Positions 9,132-18,711 of a stretch of 33,823 bases of DNA are shown here, one piece after another (within the stretch, counting starts at the first letter, position 1; the number at the start of each line of letters is the position of its first letter). The stretch is from Clostridia bacterium. GTDB taxonomy: Bacteria > Bacillota > Clostridia > Oscillospirales > Acutalibacteraceae. The notes below the pieces were generated by a model that worked only from the letters and a program-made list of their open reading frames with translations, did no database searches and was not told the origin of the DNA. The position numbers and the translations under genes are program-made. Location: NCBI GenBank assembly GCA_024404125.1, contig JAKSQL010000001.1:1-33823 (forward strand). The letters run 5' to 3'.

Positions 9132-10787
9132 ATGTTTAATACCGACAGACTTTGTATTAATTGTATGAATGACAATGGTGGCGAAAAGGTATGTCCGCTT
9201 TGCGGATACGACCAAGCCACAAGAAACCCGAGCGATGCATTGCCCGCAAAATTCTGGATTAGTGACAGATATATGGTAGGCAGAGTAACCGGCACAAACA
9301 TTGAGGGAATAACCTATACCGGTTGGGATAATGCGGAAAACGTTCCCGTTGTTATCAGAGAATACTATCCTGCGGGTGCCGCCGTTCGCAACCCCGATAA
9401 GAGCGTTGCAATGGCACTCGGTGCGGAATATATTTTCAACGAGGGGCTTTTGGAATTTTTGGATATAAACCGTTCTCTTATCGGTTGTGAGTACGGTGCA
9501 ATTATGCCCGTAAACGCGGCTTTTGAGGAAAACGGTACCGCCTATGCGGTTAAGCCCGAAATATCGAGCATTACTTTAAAAGACTTTTTGGAAAGAAACG
9601 GCGGCAGTCTTAAATGGGAACAGGCACGTCCGCTTTTTTTACCGCTTATTGACGGTATTATAGGGCTTAACGAAATGGGTATAATCCATGGCGGAATAAG
9701 TCCCGAAAGCATTATGGTAGGACGTGACGGCAAGTTACGGCTTGACGGTATTTGTATAAAGAGAGTTCGCAGGGCGGACGGCGAAACACCTTCGGGACTG
9801 TACAGCGGTTATGCCGCCATTGAGCAGTACGGTGTAAAGGATATGGCAGTCGGTGCCCATACCGATGTTTACGGTATCGGCGCTACACTATTCAGGGTGC
9901 TTATAGGCACCGTTCCTCCTCCGGCGGACGAAAGGATTAAGAATGACGGTCTTTCTATACCGGCAACTTTTGCGGACGAACTGCCAAGACCTGTTTTGGT
10001 AGCCCTTGCAAACAGTTTGCAGGTAAATCCCGAAAACCGTACCTTAACGGTTGAAAATTTCCGCAACGAACTTGTTTACGGCGAAATCAAAAAGTCAGCA
10101 CCAAAACCGCAGGATAAACCTCAGGCAAACGCAAAGGGCGGCAAAGAACCGAAAAAGACTATGTCTTCCGCAAAATACGCGGCTATATCGGCGGCCTGCA
10201 CCATAGGTGTTTTCATAATTATTTTTGCGGTTATAATTCTTGTTTTTGACCCGTTTAACTTTAAGGGCAAGAACGAAAACGAAGGTATAAATTCGGATAT
10301 AGTTTCCGCTTCGAGCGGTGTTTCGATTGGTGACGTTGACCCGAATGTCGATAGCTCAATAAAATACACCGTTCCCGATATGCTCGGCAATTTCTATTCT
10401 CAGGTTTCGGAAACACCCGAGTTTAAGCATTTTGACGTAGTAATCAAGGGCAAAGAGTTTTCTGCTCAACCTAAAGGTGCTATTTGTTGGCAGTCTGCCG
10501 AAGCCGGCTCTCAACTCGATTACGGTGCAAAAATAGAGGTTGTTATAAGTTTAGGTCAACTTGAAGTTTCCGTACCCGATGTTATGGGGCTTCAAAAATC
10601 CGAAGCGCTTGTGGAACTGCTTAAGCAAGGATTTTTATATGAAAATATAGAAATAGTCGAGAAATATGACGTTGATTCAAAGCCGGGCACGGTAGTCGGT
10701 CAGGATCCGAAACACGGTACAAAACTCAATACCGAGTCGGCAATACGTATTTATATCAACAGTTATGAAGGCAATGAGGAAGAATAA
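9132..10787 (+). CDS. Membrane protein with N-terminal zinc ribbon, Hanks-kinase-like (predicted catalytically dead) domain, one TM segment and two PASTA repeats
   Basis: CINC...CPLC zinc ribbon. The kinase fold aligns to PknB/PrkC (DVYGIGATLFRVLIG, NPENR), but the key motifs are substituted (see findings). TM segment AAISAACTIGVFIIIFAVIILVF. Two PASTA-like repeats (VPDMLG..., VPDVMG...). GGAGG RBS. Confidence 0.8.
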   Translation: MFNTDRLCINCMNDNGGEKVCPLCGYDQATRNPSDALPAKFWISDRYMVGRVTGTNIEGITYTGWDNAENVPVVIREYYPAGAAVRNPDKSVAMALGAEYIFNEGLLEFLDINRSLIGCEYGAIMPVNAAFEENGTAYAVKPEISSITLKDFLERNGGSLKWEQARPLFLPLIDGIIGLNEMGIIHGGISPESIMVGRDGKLRLDGICIKRVRRADGETPSGLYSGYAAIEQYGVKDMAVGAHTDVYGIGATLFRVLIGTVPPPADERIKNDGLSIPATFADELPRPVLVALANSLQVNPENRTLTVENFRNELVYGEIKKSAPKPQDKPQANAKGGKEPKKTMSSAKYAAISAACTIGVFIIIFAVIILVFDPFNFKGKNENEGINSDIVSASSGVSIGDVDPNVDSSIKYTVPDMLGNFYSQVSETPEFKHFDVVIKGKEFSAQPKGAICWQSAEAGSQLDYGAKIEVVISLGQLEVSVPDVMGLQKSEALVELLKQGFLYENIEIVEKYDVDSKPGTVVGQDPKHGTKLNTESAIRIYINSYEGNEEE

Positions 10788-10799
10788 TATAAAAAACAC

Positions 10800-10827
10800 T
10801 TGATTTTTATAAATTTAGTGGTATAAT
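10800..10827 (+). promoter_or_regulatory. Promoter of the rimP-nusA-infB operon (TTGATT-16 nt-TGgTATAAT, extended -10)
   Basis: Hexamers read at 10800-10805 and 10822-10827, with TG at 10819-10820. Confidence 0.6.
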
Positions 10828-10848
10828 AACAATATAGTATGCAAGAAA

Positions 10849-10880
10849 GGTGAGTGGGTTATCCCGCTCACTTTTGTTTT
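10849..10880 (+). terminator. Leader intrinsic terminator / attenuator upstream of rimP
   Basis: GGTGAGTGGG-TTAT-CCCGCTCACT stem containing G-U pairs. It is preceded by AAA and followed by TTTTGTTTT, which ends directly at the rimP GGAGG RBS. Confidence 0.55.
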
Positions 10881-10893
10881 GGAGGAATGTTTT

Positions 10894-11346
10894 ATGGCAA
10901 CGGTGGCCCAAAAGGTTTACGATCTAATTAAGCCGACGGTTGAAAACGAAGGCGTTAATTTGTGGGACGTAAGGTTTTTAAAAGAGGGCGCGTCTTACTA
11001 TCTTCGGGTTTTTATAGACAGTGAAAACGGTATAGGTATAGATGAATGTACCGCCGTTTCCCATGCCATTGACCCGATAATAGACAAAGCCGACCCGATT
11101 GATAAATCTTATTATCTCGAGGTTTGTTCCGCGGGGCTTGACAGAGAACTTGTACGGCAAGAACATTTTGCTTTCGCCGTAGGTAAATCGGTCAGAATAA
11201 AACTTTTCAAGTCACAAGACGGAAAAAAAGAATTTTCGGGCAATTTAAGTAAGTTTTCAAACGGTGTGCTTACACTTAGTTTTGAGGACAGCGAAATAAA
11301 CGTTTCTCTTAAAGACATAGCAAAGGCAAATATTATAGATTTTTAA
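10894..11346 (+). CDS. rimP: Ribosome maturation factor RimP
   Basis: Family-typical sequence and its position before nusA. The ATG at 10894 lies 8 nt after GGAGG. Confidence 0.9.
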   Translation: MATVAQKVYDLIKPTVENEGVNLWDVRFLKEGASYYLRVFIDSENGIGIDECTAVSHAIDPIIDKADPIDKSYYLEVCSAGLDRELVRQEHFAFAVGKSVRIKLFKSQDGKKEFSGNLSKFSNGVLTLSFEDSEINVSLKDIAKANIIDF

Positions 11347-11369
11347 TATATTTGGAGGTAACTTGTAAA

Positions 11370-12449
11370 ATGGCAAGAATGACAGCAAAGGAAAAAAAGG
11401 ACAACAAGGAGTTTTTTGAGGCGCTTAACCTTATGGAGCAGGAAAGAGGCATACCCAAAGAGTTTATCGCCGAGAAAATAAGTGAGGCAATAGTTGTAGC
11501 TGCAAGAAAAGATTACGGCGGAAACGATATAGTTTCCTGCAACATTGATACCGAAAAAGAGGTATTTACCGTAACCGCAAGAAAAGAAATTGTAGACGAG
11601 GTAGAAGACCCGTTTACGCAGATTTCAAAAGAGGATGCGGCAGCTATTGATGCAAAGTCGGTAGCAAACGGATTTATAGACATTAAACTTGACCCCAAGA
11701 AATTCGGCAGAATAGTAGCACAGAATTCCAAAAACAATTTCAGACAAGATGTAAGAGAAGCCGAGCGCGGTCAGGCACTCGCAGAGTTTCAAAGTCATAA
11801 CCGTGAACTTGTTACGGCAGTAGTTGAGCGTGTTGACAATGTTACCGGCAACGCCATACTCACAATAGGCAAGAACGAAGCAACTTTGCCTAAACTTGAG
11901 CAGGTACCCGATGAAATACTCAAAGAGGGCGACCATATTAAAGTTTACGTTGTAGACGTTAAGGAAACCGAAAGAGGTCCCCGTATTATGCTTTCACGTA
12001 CCCATCCGGGACTTGTAAAGCGTTTGTTTGAAACCGAAGTACCCGAAATTTTTGACGGCACTATCGAGATTAAAGCAATATCCCGTCAGGCAGGGTCAAG
12101 AACTAAAATTGCGGTATGGTCGGAAAATTCCGAGATAGATGCGATAGGTGCTTGCATAGGTCCTAAAGGGGCAAGAGTAAATAAGATAGTTGAAGAACTT
12201 GCAGGTGAGAAGATAGATATAGTTAAGTACAGCGAAGACCCCGTTGCATTTATAAGCGAGTCACTTTCTCCCGCAAAGGTAGTATCGGTAGAAATAGAGA
12301 GTACAGAGCCGAAAGTTTGCAAGGTAAGCGTTCCCGAGTCGCAGTTATCACTTGCCATAGGCAACCGCGGACAGAACGTCCGTCTTGCCGCTAAACTTAC
12401 CGGTTGGAAAATAGATATTCACCCCGAAAGCGGATTTTTCGGAGAATAG
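11370..12449 (+). CDS. nusA: Transcription termination/antitermination factor NusA
   Basis: S1 domain and two KH domains (GACIGPKGARV, AIGNRGQNVRLA). The ATG at 11370 follows GGAGG. Confidence 0.95.
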   Translation: MARMTAKEKKDNKEFFEALNLMEQERGIPKEFIAEKISEAIVVAARKDYGGNDIVSCNIDTEKEVFTVTARKEIVDEVEDPFTQISKEDAAAIDAKSVANGFIDIKLDPKKFGRIVAQNSKNNFRQDVREAERGQALAEFQSHNRELVTAVVERVDNVTGNAILTIGKNEATLPKLEQVPDEILKEGDHIKVYVVDVKETERGPRIMLSRTHPGLVKRLFETEVPEIFDGTIEIKAISRQAGSRTKIAVWSENSEIDAIGACIGPKGARVNKIVEELAGEKIDIVKYSEDPVAFISESLSPAKVVSVEIESTEPKVCKVSVPESQLSLAIGNRGQNVRLAAKLTGWKIDIHPESGFFGE

Positions 12450-12464
12450 AGAGGATAGACCGTA

Positions 12465-12737
12465 TTGAAAGATAAAAAAATACCGCAAAGAATGTGTATC
12501 GGTTGCCGTAAGATGTTTGATAAACGCGACCTTATAAGAGTTGTAAGAAGCAGTGACGGTAAGGTTACGGTTGACATTACCGGCAAGCAAAACGGCAGAG
12601 GCGCGTATATTTGTAAAGAAAAAGCGTGCTTTGAAAGAATAAAAAAGACCGGTGCGTTAAATAGGGCACTTGATACAACTGTGGACAGTGCGGTCTACGA
12701 TGAAATAGAAAAGGGGCTAAATACCTTTGAAGGATAA
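12465..12737 (+). CDS. ylxR: YlxR/RnpM family (DUF448) RNA-binding protein
   Basis: IPQRMCIGCR...DLIRVV...GRGAYIC motif set. Conserved position after nusA. TTG start. Confidence 0.85.
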   Translation: MKDKKIPQRMCIGCRKMFDKRDLIRVVRSSDGKVTVDITGKQNGRGAYICKEKACFERIKKTGALNRALDTTVDSAVYDEIEKGLNTFEG

Positions 12738-13035
12738 AATTTTAACCCTATTGGGTTTTGCCTCAAAAGCAGGTAAACTTTCATACGGATTTGATAAAAC
12801 ACTTTTAAGTCTTAAATCAAAAAAGTCGTTTTTGATTATAGTATCGAGCGACGTATCGGAAAAAAGCAAAAAAGAGATAAGCTTTTATGCAAAAAAGCAT
12901 AAAACAAAGGTTTTATTTTCCGATTTATTTGATACCGAAGAACTTACCAAAGCGGTAGGACGCGTCTGCGCAACGGTGAGTGTGAACGATAACTCGTTTG
13001 CAGATGCAATTATTGGATTAGGAGGAAACGCTTAA
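12727..13035 (+). CDS. ylxQ: L7Ae-family RNA-binding protein YlxQ
   Basis: [15 protein letters not shown]7Ae-like N-terminus. Conserved position before infB. TTG start overlaps the end of ylxR, and the stop overlaps the infB ATG (TAATG). Confidence 0.8.
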   Translation: MKDKILTLLGFASKAGKLSYGFDKTLLSLKSKKSFLIIVSSDVSEKSKKEISFYAKKHKTKVLFSDLFDTEELTKAVGRVCATVSVNDNSFADAIIGLGGNA

Positions 13036-15578
13036 TGACGAATAAATATAAAATAAGTGATATTGCCAAAGATTTCGGTATGGCATCAAAAGAAATTTCC
13101 GCCATAGTTTTGGAAATTACGGGTGAGGATAAAAAGTCCGGAGCATCGCTTAACGAAAATGAGATAGGTATGCTTTTTAATGCTCTTACCAAGAAAAACA
13201 GTGTAAAGAGTTTTAAAGACTATTTTTCTATGGGCGAGGAGGCACGTGCCAAAGCCGCCAAAGAAAAGCAGGATGCAAAGGATAAGAAACTTGCCGAGCA
13301 AATGGCTATACTTGAACAGTTAAAGGCGGCTGCCGAGGCAGAGAAAAAGGCGGCGGAAAAACCGCAGGATGAAAAGAAAGCCGAAAAGAAAGAAGTCAAG
13401 ACCGAAAAGCCGCAAAAGGCGGAGGTTAAGAAAGAGCAACCCGCGGTAAACAAAGAGCCCGCCGCAAAGAAAGAAACACCCAAAAAGGCGGAAAAGGTTG
13501 CAAAAGAGGTTAAGGAAGTTAGAGAGGTTAAAGAAGTGTATGACGGACCGCTTGTAGCACCTTACAAAAAAGAGAAAAAGCCGGGCGAGGCGCCTAACAG
13601 AGGCCCTGCACAGTTAAGGCACTTTGATACCCGTACATCTAACGTTAACATAGATAAATACAACGAGAAGTACGAAAGTATCGCACCTGCCAATACTATG
13701 AGGGATAATTTCAGCAATAAGCAGAAAATCAAGCAGAAGTCGCAGGATTACCGCAGACCTAAGGGCGCAAAACGCGAAACCGAGGCAGATAAACTGCGCC
13801 GGATGCAACTTGAAAGAATAAAGAAAACACCGATAACCGTTACCGTTGCGGACGAAATTACGGTAGGCGAACTTGCCGCCGCTCTTAAAAAGACCGCCGC
13901 AGAGGTAATAAAAACTCTTATGAAACTCGGTATGATGGCATCTGTAAATCAGGTTATAGATTACGATACCGCCGAGATAGTAGTTACCGAACTCGGTGCT
14001 AAAATAGAGCATGCAAAGGTTGTTACCATTGAAGAAAAGATAATGGACGTAACCGAGGATAACGCGGAAGACTTAAAGCCGAGAAGCCCCGTAGTAGTAG
14101 TTATGGGCCACGTTGACCACGGAAAAACCTCTTTGCTTGATGCTATCCGCAATACCGCCGTTACCGATACCGAGGCAGGCGGTATAACCCAGCATATAGG
14201 CGCTTACAGAGTAAATTGTAAGGGCAAGGATATAACATTCCTTGATACACCGGGACACGCCGCATTTACCGCAATGCGCCAAAGAGGTGCTATGGCTACC
14301 GATATAGCAGTGCTCGTAGTTGCCGCGGATGACGGTATAATGCCGCAAACCATAGAAGCAATAAACCACGCGAAAGCGGCAAACGTACAGATAATAGTTG
14401 CGATAAATAAAATGGATAAGCCGGAAGCAAATCCCGACCGTATCAAACAGCAACTTACTGAACATTCTTTGGTACCTGAAGAATGGGGCGGTGACGTTAT
14501 ATGTGTTCCCGTTTCGGCAAAAACACACGACGGTATTGATAATCTTCTCGAAAACATACTGCTTGTTGCCGAAATGCTTGAACTTAAAGCCAACCCCGAC
14601 CGTAAGGCAAAGGGTGTAGTAATCGAGGCACGTCTTGATAAAGGCAGAGGCCCTGTTGCCACACTTTTGGTACAAAACGGTACGCTTAATTCGGGTGATA
14701 TAATCGTTGCGGGCACTACCGTAGGCAGAGTGCGCGTTATGGTAGACGAAAACGGCAAAGCGGTTAAAACCGCGGGACCGTCTGTGCCGGTTGAGATAAC
14801 GGGACTTACCGAAACTCCCTCCGCAGGTGACGGTTTTGATGCTGTTTCTGATGAAAGACTTGCCCGCGAACTTGTTGAGCAACGTAAAGAAAAAATCAAA
14901 AACGATATATTCAACGCAAAAGAAAAGGTTACCCTTGATAATTTGTTCTCACAACTCAGTGAGGGCGAACTCAAAACTCTTAATGTTATTGTTAAGGCAG
15001 ACGTTCAGGGTAGTGTTGAAGCAGTAAAAGAAAGTCTTGAAAAACTTTCGAACGAAGAGGTAAAGGTAAGTGTTATCCACGGCGGTGTAGGCGCAGTAAA
15101 CGAGTCGGACGTTATGCTTGCACAGACCTCGGGCGCCATTATAGTAGGATTTAATGTACGTCCCGATGCGGTAGCAAAAGAAACCGCCGAGAGAGACGGT
15201 ACCGATATCCGTCTTTACCGCGTAATTTATGACTGCATCGAGGAAATTGAAGCCGCAATGAAAGGTATGCTCGCTCCGAAATACCGTGAGAATATTCTCG
15301 GTACCGCCGAGGTACGTAATACCTATAAGATTTCAAACGTAGGTACGATAGCAGGTTGCTATATTACAGACGGTAAGGTAACAAGAGCGTGTCAGATACG
15401 CGTTGTACGTGACGGTATTGTAATCAGTGAAGACGAAATAGCATCTTTGCGCAGATTTAAAGACGATGTTAAAGAGGTTGCTCAAGGTTACGAATGCGGT
15501 ATAGGTCTTGAAAAATTTGCCGATATTAAAGAGGGCGACGTTCTTGAAGCGTTTATTATGGAGGAGTATCGTGACTGA
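13035..15578 (+). CDS. infB: Translation initiation factor IF-2
   Basis: [14 protein letters not shown] and NKMD G-domain motifs. K/E/A-rich N-terminal region. GGAGGA RBS. Confidence 0.97.
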   Translation: MTNKYKISDIAKDFGMASKEISAIVLEITGEDKKSGASLNENEIGMLFNALTKKNSVKSFKDYFSMGEEARAKAAKEKQDAKDKKLAEQMAILEQLKAAAEAEKKAAEKPQDEKKAEKKEVKTEKPQKAEVKKEQPAVNKEPAAKKETPKKAEKVAKEVKEVREVKEVYDGPLVAPYKKEKKPGEAPNRGPAQLRHFDTRTSNVNIDKYNEKYESIAPANTMRDNFSNKQKIKQKSQDYRRPKGAKRETEADKLRRMQLERIKKTPITVTVADEITVGELAAALKKTAAEVIKTLMKLGMMASVNQVIDYDTAEIVVTELGAKIEHAKVVTIEEKIMDVTEDNAEDLKPRSPVVVVMGHVDHGKTSLLDAIRNTAVTDTEAGGITQHIGAYRVNCKGKDITFLDTPGHAAFTAMRQRGAMATDIAVLVVAADDGIMPQTIEAINHAKAANVQIIVAINKMDKPEANPDRIKQQLTEHSLVPEEWGGDVICVPVSAKTHDGIDNLLENILLVAEMLELKANPDRKAKGVVIEARLDKGRGPVATLLVQNGTLNSGDIIVAGTTVGRVRVMVDENGKAVKTAGPSVPVEITGLTETPSAGDGFDAVSDERLARELVEQRKEKIKNDIFNAKEKVTLDNLFSQLSEGELKTLNVIVKADVQGSVEAVKESLEKLSNEEVKVSVIHGGVGAVNESDVMLAQTSGAIIVGFNVRPDAVAKETAERDGTDIRLYRVIYDCIEEIEAAMKGMLAPKYRENILGTAEVRNTYKISNVGTIAGCYITDGKVTRACQIRVVRDGIVISEDEIASLRRFKDDVKEVAQGYECGIGLEKFADIKEGDVLEAFIMEEYRD

Positions 15579-15916
15579 TGGCAGGATATAAGATAAATCG
15601 TGTAACATCGGATATAAAACTCGCACTTTCGGAACTGTTAAGAGAGGTAAAAGACCCGAGGGTAAGCAAACTGTTAAGCATTGTTAAACTTGACGTTTCG
15701 GGTGATATGTCCTATGCAAAGGTTTACGTAAGCGCAATAGAAGGAAAAAGTGCTACCGAAGAATCGGTAAAGGCGCTTAATAAGAGTGCGAGCGGATATA
15801 TAAGACGTGAACTCGGTCACCGTCTTAAACTCCGCAAAGTGCCCGAACTTACCTTTATTGCCGATAATTCCATAGAAAACAGCGCAAATATTTCCCGTAT
15901 AATTGATTCTTTTTAA
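15578..15916 (+). CDS. rbfA: Ribosome-binding factor A
   Basis: Family-typical sequence. Its ATG overlaps the infB stop (TGATG). Confidence 0.9.
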   Translation: MAGYKINRVTSDIKLALSELLREVKDPRVSKLLSIVKLDVSGDMSYAKVYVSAIEGKSATEESVKALNKSASGYIRRELGHRLKLRKVPELTFIADNSIENSANISRIIDSF

Positions 15917-15922
15917 AGGGGT

Positions 15923-16936
15923 ATGTTTTTTCAGATGAGAAAAGAAAACAATGGTGTATGTAAGGCGATAAGTCTTCGCAAAACCGCAAAATTTTTGAAA
16001 AAACACGATAATTTCGTTATACTTACACACTCGTCTCCCGATGGTGATACTTTAGGTTCTGCCTATGCTCTTTATTACGGACTTAAAGAAATAGGCAAAA
16101 TGGCGGCGGTAATATGTCCTGACGTAATACCGTCAAAGTATTCATATTTTGTAAACCCGACCGACAGTATTGATAAGCAAAACGCGACCGTAGTTGCGCT
16201 TGACGTTGCCGATAAAGCACTTTTAGGCAGTTTAAGCGAAGAATTCGGGAATAAGGTTGACCTTACTGTTGACCATCACATTTCAAACACAAAGTATGCA
16301 AAGTATCTTTATCTTGACAGTTCTGCTTCGGCTACCTGCGAGATAATTTACGAATTACTTTGTTTTATGAAGGTCAATATAAATACCCGCGCGGCAAAGG
16401 CACTCTATACGGGTATCGCAACCGATACGGGATGCTTTAAGTATTCAAACGTAACGGCGAAAACCCACGAAATAGCGTCCGAACTTTACGAATACGATAT
16501 AAAGGCAGACGAGATAAACAAACTTATGTTTGATACCAAGTCCAAAAAGTTACTCGAACTTGAACGTATGGTACTTGATACAGCCGAATATCATTTTGAT
16601 AACAGGTGCATTATTCTTTCGGTAACTGCCGATATGCAGAATAAAACGGGTTGTTCGGGTTCCGACCTTGAAGGTATAGCGATTATATCAAGAAGTGTTG
16701 AGGGTGTAATAGCAGGTGTTACCGTAAAGCAAACCGATGATAAAGTCTTTAAGATTTCACTCCGTACTTATTTTCCGCTTGATGCTTCGGCGATTTGTAA
16801 AGAACTCGGCGGCGGCGGTCATAAGGCGGCGGCAGGTGCTACACTTGAAGGCACCTTAAGTGAGGTTAAAGAGCAGATACTTTCGGTTATCGGAAAGTAT
16901 TTGGAGGAAGCGGATAATGGGACTGATTCTCATTGA
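15923..16936 (+). CDS. nrnA: DHH/DHHA1 family phosphoesterase (NrnA-like oligoribonuclease / pAp phosphatase)
   Basis: HSSPDGDTLGS, VDHH and GGGGHKAAAG motifs. The start could be 15923 or 15935. Confidence 0.8.
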   Translation: MFFQMRKENNGVCKAISLRKTAKFLKKHDNFVILTHSSPDGDTLGSAYALYYGLKEIGKMAAVICPDVIPSKYSYFVNPTDSIDKQNATVVALDVADKALLGSLSEEFGNKVDLTVDHHISNTKYAKYLYLDSSASATCEIIYELLCFMKVNINTRAAKALYTGIATDTGCFKYSNVTAKTHEIASELYEYDIKADEINKLMFDTKSKKLLELERMVLDTAEYHFDNRCIILSVTADMQNKTGCSGSDLEGIAIISRSVEGVIAGVTVKQTDDKVFKISLRTYFPLDASAICKELGGGGHKAAAGATLEGTLSEVKEQILSVIGKYLEEADNGTDSH

Positions 16937-17828
16937 TAAACCGCAGGGTATAACCTCATTTGGTGCGGTAGCAAGAATAAAACGGCTTACGGGTGAAAAG
17001 CGGGTAGGTCATACCGGTACGCTTGACCCTATGGCTACGGGTGTACTGCCGATATTCACAGGCAGGGCAACTGCGCTTTCTTCATATTTGCTTGATGCCG
17101 ACAAAACCTATGTAGCCGGTGTAACACTCGGTATCAACACTGACACATACGATATAACAGTAACTGTAACAGCAAGTATGTCACAAGACAAACTTTCAAG
17201 ATACAAAAATTCCGATATCACCGAGGTTTTAAGCGCATTTAAAGGCAGACAGAAGCAGGTACCTCCTATGTACAGTGCGCTTAAAAAGGACGGGGTACGG
17301 CTTTACGACCTTGCACGTCAGGGTAAGGTTACCGATATACCCGAAAGAGAAATCGAAATTTTTGAAATAGAGCAAACAAAACCGCTTAACGGCGATTTTG
17401 AATTTGAATTTAAAGTAAAGGTATCAAAAGGTACGTATATAAGAAGTCTTTGCAACGATATAGGTATTAAACTTGGTTGCGGGGCTACGCTTATATCGCT
17501 TTGCCGCACAAACACCTGCGGCATTGATATTAAAGAGTGTGTTAACCTTGATACTTTAAATAGCGATAATATAGGTAATTACGTTATGAATGAGGAATAC
17601 GCCGTAAGTCACTTTAGGGCGGTAAACGTAACCGAAAAGCAGGCGGTACGTTTTTCAAACGGCGGCAAACTGTCTCTTGACCGCTTAAAACCTGATATTT
17701 ATTCCGATAAAGAGGTAATAAGAGTAAAGTACGGTGATTTGTTTTTAGGGCTCGGTACTGTTGACTTAACCCTTAACGAACTTGCGGTCAAGTGTGTGAT
17801 AAACGATTATAAGACGGGGGAGAAATAA
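16917..17828 (+). CDS. truB: tRNA pseudouridine(55) synthase TruB
   Basis: GHTGTLDPMATG catalytic Asp motif. The ATG at 16917 follows GGAGG, so the track start at 16860 is over-extended. Confidence 0.92.
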   Translation: MGLILIDKPQGITSFGAVARIKRLTGEKRVGHTGTLDPMATGVLPIFTGRATALSSYLLDADKTYVAGVTLGINTDTYDITVTVTASMSQDKLSRYKNSDITEVLSAFKGRQKQVPPMYSALKKDGVRLYDLARQGKVTDIPEREIEIFEIEQTKPLNGDFEFEFKVKVSKGTYIRSLCNDIGIKLGCGATLISLCRTNTCGIDIKECVNLDTLNSDNIGNYVMNEEYAVSHFRAVNVTEKQAVRFSNGGKLSLDRLKPDIYSDKEVIRVKYGDLFLGLGTVDLTLNELAVKCVINDYKTGEK

Positions 17829-18664
17829 TGCTTAAAGCGGTAGTGCTCGGCACTTTTGACGGTGTGCATATCGGTCATAGGGCGGTCATTGATTTGGCAT
17901 ACGGATACGATATAACTGCCGTAACCTTTAAAACTCCTCCGAAGTTTTTTAAATCCGAAACAAAACTTTTAATGTCCGATAAAGACCGATTTTGCGCATT
18001 AAGAGAACTTGGTGTAAAAAGTATAAAAGAACTTGATTTTGCCAAAGTTAAAGGTACCTGCGCAAACACTTTCTTGGAGGATATTTATAAAGAGTTTTCT
18101 CCCGACCTTATTTGTTGCGGATTTAACTATAAATTAGGCAGTGACCTTAAAGATAAAGATGCCGTAGCAGAATTTTGCAAAGGAAAAAACATAAAATTTT
18201 CCTATGCCCAAAAGGTAGAGAAAAACGGCAAAACGGTATCTTCAAGCAGTATAAGAGAAATGCTCGAAAACGGTGAAATAAGTAAGGCAAATGAACTTTT
18301 ATATATGCCTTTCGGATTTACTGCAAAGGTAGTATCGGGCAATAAGCGTGGCAGAACTTTGGGATTTCCCACTGCCAACACCCCCTATCCCAAAGACCTT
18401 GTAAAACTTAAATTCGGTGTTTATGAGTCCGAAGTTATTGTTGACGGTAAGGTTTATAAGGCAATATCAGATATAGGTATAAGACCTACTTTTAAAACTG
18501 ACGATGTATTTGCCGAAACTCATATATTTGATTTTTCCTCCGATTTATACGGTAAGGAAATAAGGTTAAATCCCAAGCGCTTTATAAGGGACGAAAAGAA
18601 GTTTAAAGACGAAAATGCACTTAAAGAAGCAGTTTTAAGCGATATAAAGTCAGTATTTGGTTGA
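17828..18664 (+). CDS. ribF: Bifunctional riboflavin kinase / FMN adenylyltransferase
   Basis: GTFDGVHIGH nucleotidyltransferase motif and GFPTAN riboflavin kinase motif. The start overlaps the truB stop. Confidence 0.9.
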   Translation: MLKAVVLGTFDGVHIGHRAVIDLAYGYDITAVTFKTPPKFFKSETKLLMSDKDRFCALRELGVKSIKELDFAKVKGTCANTFLEDIYKEFSPDLICCGFNYKLGSDLKDKDAVAEFCKGKNIKFSYAQKVEKNGKTVSSSSIREMLENGEISKANELLYMPFGFTAKVVSGNKRGRTLGFPTANTPYPKDLVKLKFGVYESEVIVDGKVYKAISDIGIRPTFKTDDVFAETHIFDFSSDLYGKEIRLNPKRFIRDEKKFKDENALKEAVLSDIKSVFG

Positions 18665-18711
18665 CATTTTCGTGACACAAATATAGAATAAATTAAGAGG
18701 TGCGTGATTTT

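Noticed and set aside
13230-13540. Repetitive K/E/A/P-rich coding stretch (…[34 protein letters not shown]… [12 protein letters not shown]).
   Set aside because: This is the normal low-complexity N-terminal region of bacterial IF-2. It is not an independent repeat element.
14073-14974. Long antisense ORFs (269 aa and 256 aa) opposite infB, and similar antisense ORFs opposite dnaE, glgP, nusA, tsaC and prfA.
   Set aside because: These are shadow ORFs within strongly supported conserved genes. They have no RBS or recognisable domains and show biased composition.
17140-17200. Slightly longer, atypical TruB segment (TDTYDITVTVTASMSQDKLSRYKN) where most TruB proteins have D-x-x-G.
   Set aside because: It is in frame, only a few residues longer than in E. 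coli TruB, and located in a variable loop. There is no evidence of an insertion element or a frameshift.
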